Part shown: in pieces, positions 57,464-64,000 of the stretch
Layout of the letters: each line of letters starts with the position of its first letter
Numbering within the stretch: the first letter of the stretch is position 1
Origin: an uncultured Candidatus Saccharibacteria bacterium
Lineage (GTDB): Bacteria > Patescibacteriota > Minisyncoccia > Phycocordibacterales > UBA918
DNA: 64,000 bases
NCBI GenBank assembly: GCA_964425625.1
Contig: CAYRMI010000001.1
Span: 866-64,865 of the forward strand
Direction: 5' to 3'
Program-made: the position numbers and the translations under genes
The notes under the pieces: model-generated
The model's input: the letters and a program-made list of their open reading frames with translations, nothing else
What the model was told of the DNA's origin: nothing
The model's database searches: none

Positions 57464-58204
57464 CTAATAGTAGTCAAACAAGAATTCTAGCTTCAATAAA
57501 TAAAACAACTTGGTGCCGTATTCAAGAATTATTCCTTCATTACCAAATAGTAATAACGTACCCAAAAGTAACAGCATAGATCCAGCCAAAATAGTAAACC
57601 CTTTGCTCACCCAATTTAATTGTGGGACTAATTTTGCTAATTTATGATAAAAGAAAGCGGATAAGATAAATGGCAAAGCAAAGCCAAGAGAAAAAATCAG
57701 TAACAAAAAAGCCCCAACCAGCGCAGACCCATCACTGGCCGCCAGCAGGATAATCGAGGCCATAATGGGCCCAATACAAGGACTCCAACCGACTGAAAAA
57801 ATAGTCCCTAAGAGAAACGAACCACGATAGGTTCCAGGTGTCAGCCAACGCGGTATCATCATAGACTTTTGGCCGATAAAAAAGTAGGGTCTAATAAACC
57901 CCATGATCATTAAAGCGAACAGAATGATTAGAATTCCACTGGTTTTTTTAATTATTGACAAATATGGACCCAAAGCATCCGTCAGTGATCCAGCCAGCAA
58001 GCCAAGAGTCACAAAGACTATAGAAAACCCCAGACAGAAAAATAAGGTATTTTTAATAAGATCCCTTTTGTTTATAACGTTCCCCCTTCCACCAGCCAAG
58101 ACAGCCAGAAAGGCTGGTACCAGAGGAAAGGTACACGGAGCCAGAAACATTAAAAAACCGGCGAGAAATGCTGAACCAACAAAAAGTAAGGACAACTCTA
58201 ACAT
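57464..58204 (-). CDS. ccdA: CcdA/DsbD-family thiol-disulfide transporter
   Basis: FLAPCTFPLVP and GWSPCIGP motifs, about 6 TMs. Confidence 0.9.
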   Translation of the reverse strand: MLELSLLFVGSAFLAGFLMFLAPCTFPLVPAFLAVLAGGRGNVINKRDLIKNTLFFCLGFSIVFVTLGLLAGSLTDALGPYLSIIKKTSGILIILFALMIMGFIRPYFFIGQKSMMIPRWLTPGTYRGSFLLGTIFSVGWSPCIGPIMASIILLAASDGSALVGAFLLLIFSLGFALPFILSAFFYHKLAKLVPQLNWVSKGFTILAGSMLLLLGTLLLFGNEGIILEYGTKLFYLLKLEFLFDYY

Positions 58205-58207
58205 GAG

Positions 58208-58765
58208 TTATTCATTTAGTAGTAGTTCATCAATCGTCCTCTTGATCAAGTCTACATTAACTATCCCCCTTTCATGCTTAATAATCTCTCCTCGTTGATC
58301 AAAGATAACTGACTCTGGCATAGCATACCCTCCGACGGCTACGTAGAAGAGATCTTCGGTATCGATAGCGATTACTATATTTTTAAGCACGGGTAATGTA
58401 TTTAAAAAGCGTGTAGCCTGTTCCTTCTGCTCCTTTCGGTTTATTGCCACGAACTTTACCTTTTTTGTTTTATAGTCTTCTGCTAACTTTTCCATAGCAG
58501 TTAAATCGTTGGTCGAAAACGGTGACCAACTGGCCCAGGAGACGACTACGATTATTTCACCTAAAAAATCTTCTAGCGCTAGTTTGTTGCCTTGCAAATC
58601 AACGTAAGTAGCTTGACTGGTATCATTACCCAGCAAAATCTGCTTAGTTGTCTCATTCACTTGATTGTGCTTCTTTTGTACAACTAATAAGGTAACTACC
58701 CCGACTACCAAAATTACCGCACCTAAAATACTGAGGGTTATTATCGTTGTCTTTTTGTCGATCAT
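58208..58765 (-). CDS. TlpA/ResA-like membrane-anchored thioredoxin-fold protein lacking CxxC
   Basis: DLQGNKLALEDFLG.IIVVVSWASWSPFS, MPESVIFD.RG.I; no Cys in the protein. Confidence 0.85.
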   Translation of the reverse strand: MIDKKTTIITLSILGAVILVVGVVTLLVVQKKHNQVNETTKQILLGNDTSQATYVDLQGNKLALEDFLGEIIVVVSWASWSPFSTNDLTAMEKLAEDYKTKKVKFVAINRKEQKEQATRFLNTLPVLKNIVIAIDTEDLFYVAVGGYAMPESVIFDQRGEIIKHERGIVNVDLIKRTIDELLLNE

Positions 58766-59406
58766 TGTACTGATTCAATTAAAGCTGACCACTGTTCTTT
58801 TGGTAAAGCACCTGAAACATTTTTTTGCTTTCCATCCTTACCAACAATCACACTAAAAGGTGTCCCTCTAGCTCCAAATGATTCAGCCACTTTAATATCA
58901 GACTCAACTAAAGCAATTAATTCACTATTATTTTGGCAATTTGAAATTTCATCTTCTTTAACACCAAGGTCAAGCGCTATGTTCTTAATTAGATCTTGAT
59001 TCAAATTACCCATTTGGGCAAAGATTTTGTCTAAGTAGGTAAAAAATTCTTGCTCACCAAGAATTTTAGCTACACATTCCCCCACTACGGCCGCCGGAAA
59101 AGCGTTGGGGTGATTGCCTAGAGGGAGGTGCCGATATTCCCAAGCTAGGTTACTATTTGATTCGTCAACCAAATCCTTCAGCACAGTGTGTAAACGGGAG
59201 CAAAATGGACATTCCAAATCTGAGAACTCAACAATTATAGTTGACGCATCTGGGTTACCATAAATGTGTTGATCAGTGGTTCTTTGCGGTGATTCTAATA
59301 TTTCATCTTGAATTAATACTGAGGATTTATTCTGCATTAGCAAAATAGAAGTTGCAATCAAACAGAAACCAACAAAAATAGCTATCGCAATATGAACCTT
59401 ATTCAT
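58762..59406 (-). CDS. DsbA/BdbD-family oxidoreductase
   Basis: EFSDLECPFC, RHLPL..H, GTPF cis-Pro motif. Confidence 0.9.
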   Translation of the reverse strand: MNKVHIAIAIFVGFCLIATSILLMQNKSSVLIQDEILESPQRTTDQHIYGNPDASTIIVEFSDLECPFCSRLHTVLKDLVDESNSNLAWEYRHLPLGNHPNAFPAAVVGECVAKILGEQEFFTYLDKIFAQMGNLNQDLIKNIALDLGVKEDEISNCQNNSELIALVESDIKVAESFGARGTPFSVIVGKDGKQKNVSGALPKEQWSALIESVQ

Positions 59407-59408
59407 GA

Positions 59409-59885
59409 CTATCCCTTAATAAATAATTCAAAATCAGCCGGTGACTCTTCAGGTAAAGCTGGTATTAAATTTAATTCTACCGGACGTCCCATAAAGGTGG
59501 CGCTGATAGTAGCTTGATCGGAAGCCTGCGCTGTAGCCATAAAGCGCTGAGCTGTAATTACCTGAGCACATGTTTGTGCATTATTAATTACTGTGAAGTC
59601 TAATCTAACCTGCTCTGGGAATGACTCCATCACCAAAGCTTCAACTTCAATCAGATCACATGGGGTGGGCATTAGTATCTCCCCCACAAAGGTATGTGTT
59701 CCATCATCAAAATAATGCTTGGCATCAATTCTCGTTATATCGGCGTACGGGATAGATACTTCTTCTTCAGGTACGGGTGTTGGGAGTGGAGTAACTTCTG
59801 TTCGTTTTAAGTAGGCAAATGTGAACATACCGGCTATGAGCAAGACAAACAAGGTCACAATGAGAACAATAGTTTTTTTATCCAT
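59409..59885 (-). CDS. Hypothetical membrane-anchored protein with a Cys pair
   Basis: N-terminal TM; PTPC ... ESFPEQV ... CAQVIT. Confidence 0.75.
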   Translation of the reverse strand: MDKKTIVLIVTLFVLLIAGMFTFAYLKRTEVTPLPTPVPEEEVSIPYADITRIDAKHYFDDGTHTFVGEILMPTPCDLIEVEALVMESFPEQVRLDFTVINNAQTCAQVITAQRFMATAQASDQATISATFMGRPVELNLIPALPEESPADFELFIKG

Positions 59886-59935
59886 AGAATTTTATGTTAC
59901 TGGGCCAGTAATACAGCTTTTTCATTATACACCGA

Positions 59936-61549
59936 CTAGTGATCTAAATCACTACCAACATAAATAATAATAGGTTCGATACTTGTAACCGTATTATCAA
60001 CCGAGACAGGTGCATTTAGTAGTTTTTGACTTATTTTTACAGCCTCTGAATAGTTCTTCGCGTTAGTTACAATGACGGTTCTGGTTTGTATGTCTTTAAA
60101 ATCGGCCGTTAAAGAAACCACCTCAAAATCAACTTTCTCTAATAAAATTTTAACTTTTGCTCCAATCCCTGGAGTACCGCTCCGATTTACAATTGAAATT
60201 TTTTCAGTACTAGTACTACTTACCATTTTTTGTTCTGAAGTCTCGTTAGCTATCAATTGATTGTAAATTATTTCTTCAGAATTGACAGCGGTTGTTACCA
60301 CTGAATCATTTTGCATATACTCTACTTCATAAGCGCGATGCTCCGTATTGGCTCCCTTGACGTACCAAATTATGATTAATATAAATGTCACAATCAAAAC
60401 CACACCGAGGAAGAACAATCGGTATTGAATGACAAAACTGAGTATTTCACTTAAGCGGCTTCGTAGACTGACAGAAGTTTGCATGCGCCTGGTCAAGTCC
60501 AAAATACCAGCCTGCATCGGACCATGAATGATGGGTTTTGACTTAGGTCGCGTTTTAACTCTATCTTGCACAGTCTGATAATCCTCAATTGATATACCCG
60601 CCAACATCAGCATGTGCTTTACATACAATCTGACTAACCAAGTAAGTAAACCAAAGAACAATACTAAACCAATCATCACCAATGACATAAACTTAAGCGG
60701 TAAAACCCAAAAGACCGTTTCGGCTGAAGTAAATTTCTTCTCATCAGATCCATAACCCAAAGTAGCTATGGCCGTATAGCGACCAATATCTGAAGGTGAC
60801 CACTCCCCTTTCCAAGTAAACAAAAATTTTCTGATACTATCCGGTAAAACATTGCCAAAATTTGTGTACTGATTAATCGGAATAGTTCCTCTTTCTTCAC
60901 CCCACATGTTGAATATTTTAATATCACCTCTTGGTTGCAGATGGACATTACCTTTATTTTCAAAGCGTAAAGAAAAAGTCACCTCCGGTGTACCTAAAAG
61001 TGATTTAGTAGTGAGAAATTCCCGTATATTTCCTGCTTCCACCACGTCGCCAGCCACTTTGGCAAAAAATAATGATGTAACTACTTGTGCAGTCTGTAGG
61101 CGAGCTTGTCCACTGACAGATTCGGGGGGTTTTGTTCCCACTAATATCGCGGCAAAATGTCCCCCTGGACTGGCGTCTTCCGGCACCTTTACCGAAAATG
61201 GTATTTCTATACTCTGTTCGCGCGAGATGGTGATAGGGTCGCTACTTATAGTAAACCATTCAGCCAAAGTAGCTCCGGTGGCTTCGGCTTTTTCAATGGG
61301 AATAAATCGTCCATCACCCCCTTCCCCGCGCGGTGTAAAATTTACTACTTCTGCGTAAACTGTTAAGTCAAACTTATTTACGTTTATTATTTTTAGAGTA
61401 CTTTTCCATTCTTGACCTGGCTCAGCTGACATATCGTAGAGCGTCGGTGAAATACTGAGCGTCACTGATTCTTGCGCTTGACTGGCTGCAGGTAGAAAAA
61501 ACTGTATTACCAGACAGAGTAAAAGTGTTTTAAGAAGATTGCTTGTCAT
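59936..61549 (-). CDS. DUF916/WxL-interacting-like surface protein with C-terminal LytR_C-like domain
   Basis: Signal peptide, VPEDASPGGHFAAI, FENKGNVHLQPRG.I, TMs, IVNRSGTPG..IIYVGSD. Confidence 0.7.
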   Translation of the reverse strand: MTSNLLKTLLLCLVIQFFLPAASQAQESVTLSISPTLYDMSAEPGQEWKSTLKIINVNKFDLTVYAEVVNFTPRGEGGDGRFIPIEKAEATGATLAEWFTISSDPITISREQSIEIPFSVKVPEDASPGGHFAAILVGTKPPESVSGQARLQTAQVVTSLFFAKVAGDVVEAGNIREFLTTKSLLGTPEVTFSLRFENKGNVHLQPRGDIKIFNMWGEERGTIPINQYTNFGNVLPDSIRKFLFTWKGEWSPSDIGRYTAIATLGYGSDEKKFTSAETVFWVLPLKFMSLVMIGLVLFFGLLTWLVRLYVKHMLMLAGISIEDYQTVQDRVKTRPKSKPIIHGPMQAGILDLTRRMQTSVSLRSRLSEILSFVIQYRLFFLGVVLIVTFILIIIWYVKGANTEHRAYEVEYMQNDSVVTTAVNSEEIIYNQLIANETSEQKMVSSTSTEKISIVNRSGTPGIGAKVKILLEKVDFEVVSLTADFKDIQTRTVIVTNAKNYSEAVKISQKLLNAPVSVDNTVTSIEPIIIYVGSDLDH

Positions 61550-62564
61550 TTTTTAGGTTGATGTCATGGTCATACTCTGTATGCTCTCGGCTGTTTTTTA
61601 CAAACATTGGCAGATCATACAATTGATCATCTTCTCTATCTTCTCTAGTAAAAGCTCGTTTAAATACCCAAGCCACCAAACTCAAAATCAGAGCTAGTAA
61701 AGTAAATATTATAAATAAATAATACCAAGGAATTGAATAATAAAAGGCAGTATCAAAAACCGTGGCCTGATTTTCCCCGTACTGAAGTGTCAAATAGGCT
61801 TTATTGCGTCCAATCCGATTGATAAATGGGAGATCCTCATAAATCTGTACTCGTTCACCCGGGGCTATAGTCACTTTGCCGGAGTTAACATTAAGTGAAG
61901 CCAGCTCTTTACCCGAGGTGTCATAAATAATTACGTCACCCTCTGGAGTCAAGGGGATATCACCGGTGTTTTCGATAGTAAAGGACAGTTTATTGTCAGT
62001 CTCGCGTAAGGTAAATCGGTCAGTGGCAAAACTTACCAAGTGTAATTGTTCACGTTTATCGTCTTTAATCGTTATCTTAAGGATAACAGAAGCGGCTTGT
62101 CCGGATATTACTTTGGCTTCTATATCATCACGGTTTGGTCCCGTCGCAAAGCCAATCAAAGCATGGTAAGTACCAGGTGGAGTATTGGGATGGATTCTAA
62201 TAGTAAGAGGGACAGTAAGCGTACCATTAGCCGGCAATTCTAGACGGGCCCGAGAAATCTCCAACCAACTAGTGATGGTGGTTGAACGGTCAGTCATTGA
62301 CGGTGTAACAAACTCATGTACACCTGCTTCCTCACCTACTTCTACTTCTACTTCGTGCACGGACGCATAGATTCTAGTCGGTCGATTGGTATTGTTGGTG
62401 AGAATAATATCGCGGTTGATAATATCTCTACCCTCTGTGGTGTAATCAATGATTAGTGGTGAGGCGGAGAAGTTAGCGGCCGCCAAAACTAAGGAGGGAC
62501 CAGCAGTAGTTGCACAAATAGCTAGACTAAGGAGGAATATGATTACTGTTAAATTTTTAAGCAT
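61530..62564 (-). CDS. DUF916/WxL-interacting-like surface protein
   Basis: Signal peptide, PNTPPGTYHALI, IENTGDIPLTPEG.V, C-terminal TM; paralogous to the 59936 ORF. Confidence 0.7.
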   Translation of the reverse strand: MLKNLTVIIFLLSLAICATTAGPSLVLAAANFSASPLIIDYTTEGRDIINRDIILTNNTNRPTRIYASVHEVEVEVGEEAGVHEFVTPSMTDRSTTITSWLEISRARLELPANGTLTVPLTIRIHPNTPPGTYHALIGFATGPNRDDIEAKVISGQAASVILKITIKDDKREQLHLVSFATDRFTLRETDNKLSFTIENTGDIPLTPEGDVIIYDTSGKELASLNVNSGKVTIAPGERVQIYEDLPFINRIGRNKAYLTLQYGENQATVFDTAFYYSIPWYYLFIIFTLLALILSLVAWVFKRAFTREDREDDQLYDLPMFVKNSREHTEYDHDINLKNDKQSS

Positions 62565-62570
62565 AGATTA

Positions 62571-64000
62571 TTAGTACGATGGAACGGCTAAATACACTAT
62601 TTCGGTTTCATAATCTCCCGCTGGTTGCAGTTCATTTACCCGTATACGGTACACTATATCATGAGTATCTGAAGCCGGAATAGAGCTATACATTACCTCT
62701 ACCGGACTGGTTTCAAGTCCGGCATAAGTATCAATTGGCGCAAACCTTGTATCACCATCGCGTAAAGTTGCATCGGTAGTGTGATAACCAATACAACCAG
62801 TCGAGCTAGCGTTGCAACCGTCTACCCAACTTGAAGGAGAAGCGTTGGTCCCGCTAATAGAAGGTATTGGGAAACCATGTGAGCTAGTCAACTGCTGACG
62901 GGCATATTTAAGCACCTGATAGCCTTCGGTGGCGTTAGTAACCACTGACACGCGATGAGCCGCTATGTACTCAGTATTAAATACCAGTCCACCAAAGCCG
63001 ATAGAATCTGGACTGGTAGACACATCGGTCACCACCCCAGCAGTGGTTGTACTAGAGGGTAAACCAGAGAGAGACAACTGTAAGGTTGGACCTTCCGTCA
63101 CTAATGACGCGTAGGATTCACCACTATCAAGACTGACAGGTGAATCATTAGTTACATCATACAACCTAAAGTAGTAGACAGCGTTTACTCGAGCAGCCGT
63201 GTGCTTGATGGTGAAGCTGTACTCTTGCGTTTTGCCGGCCAGGTGAGTATGTCCGGTAGCTGGACTAGGTGAGGAATTATGTCGTCCACAACCATTTCCC
63301 ACCCCTCCCGTACAACTTTCAGCATCCGTCAGCAAATTATTATTAATCAGAGTATTATCTGGGACAGCGCCATCGATATAGCACCACAAAGACATATCCG
63401 CACAAGTGGTAGAGGCTACCACATCGACTGGGTTAACAAAGCTAATGTCATCAGAAAATTGTAATTTAAATTTTATGTCTTCACCTTGAACATTTCTTTT
63501 TTCTCGAACCGAAATTCGCAGAGCCAAAGTGTCAGAATTTGCAACATCAATTGGAGCAACAATTTCATTGGCTAAAGCGACGATTGGTGTTTCGCTAGTT
63601 TCATCACTGTACCAACGCCAATTTTTGGCCACCGGAGAAAAGCCGGCCGTACGGATCTGCGGGTAATTACTATCGTAGCCATCCAGTGGTGTTCCATCAC
63701 TTCGCACCGTTCTAAAACAGTAAGTATTAAGAGGTACAGCACCGTTATGTTGTAGATGCCAATCGTACTCGAGATAATCACCATCCAAAACTGGATAAGG
63801 ATTAACTTCGGAGGGATTTTCCTGCTCTAATGTTCCGGCTCGGTTGGCGAACGAAATTTGCAAGTCGCCCCCGGTTGGTGGGTCAGTCGATAGAACTGTA
63901 CCATCAGTAGTCCCGGTAGCGGCATAACCGCGCCATACCGCGCCACTACCGGCAGCCCCGACATCGCTCCAACTCAATTCACTAAGCGCCGTACAGGTAG
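62571..64000 (-). CDS. C-terminal part of a large secreted repeat surface protein with WxL/pilin-like terminal domain (5' end lies outside the window)
   Basis: Frame stays open to the window edge; repeated YCFR/YYFR modules, Cys pairs, terminal VVTNATEGY ... AGDYETEIVYLAVPSY. Confidence 0.7.
   Translation of the reverse strand, partial: TCTALSELSWSDVGAAGSGAVWRGYAATGTTDGTVLSTDPPTGGDLQISFANRAGTLEQENPSEVNPYPVLDGDYLEYDWHLQHNGAVPLNTYCFRTVRSDGTPLDGYDSNYPQIRTAGFSPVAKNWRWYSDETSETPIVALANEIVAPIDVANSDTLALRISVREKRNVQGEDIKFKLQFSDDISFVNPVDVVASTTCADMSLWCYIDGAVPDNTLINNNLLTDAESCTGGVGNGCGRHNSSPSPATGHTHLAGKTQEYSFTIKHTAARVNAVYYFRLYDVTNDSPVSLDSGESYASLVTEGPTLQLSLSGLPSSTTTAGVVTDVSTSPDSIGFGGLVFNTEYIAAHRVSVVTNATEGYQVLKYARQQLTSSHGFPIPSISGTNASPSSWVDGCNASSTGCIGYHTTDATLRDGDTRFAPIDTYAGLETSPVEVMYSSIPASDTHDIVYRIRVNELQPAGDYETEIVYLAVPSY

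Noticed and set aside
58520-58540. Selenocysteine or recoding at the TlpA active site
   Set aside because: The codons are TCA and TCG (Ser), not TGA.
141-63784. Numerous short antisense ORFs in the track
   Set aside because: They overlap well-supported genes on the opposite strand or frame and show no independent evidence.

Overview
About 40% GC bacterial window that looks like a Patescibacteria (CPR, probably Parcubacteria) chromosome. This assignment is inferred from gene content, shortened core enzymes and apparently leaderless genes. It uses the standard genetic code (TGA is used as stop) and most genes are on the minus strand. Contents in order: end of the alpha ribosomal operon (infA-rpmJ-rpsM-rpsK-rpsD-rpoA-rplQ-rplM), alaS, pepF, a Mesh1-like HD protein, mnmA, two mltG, leuS, ychF, an accessory stretch (about 22.8-30.5 kb) of Shine-Dalgarno-led ORFans including a betaproteobacterial-type hpf, an RND pump, a phosphomannomutase, two tRNA-Ala genes, a D-2-hydroxyacid dehydrogenase, ddl, uvrC/uvrA/uvrB, tgt, and a WxL-like surface protein plus Dsb cluster. 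The most striking feature is a non-coding array downstream of each tRNA-Ala gene. Each array is made of about 130-170 nt structured units from two families (A and B) shared between the loci. Each unit is bounded by inverted copies of the 3' end of the specific neighbouring tRNA, and units are mostly separated by hairpin spacers. No integrase, transposase or reverse transcriptase is present in the window. All calls come from reading the sequence; no database searches were run.
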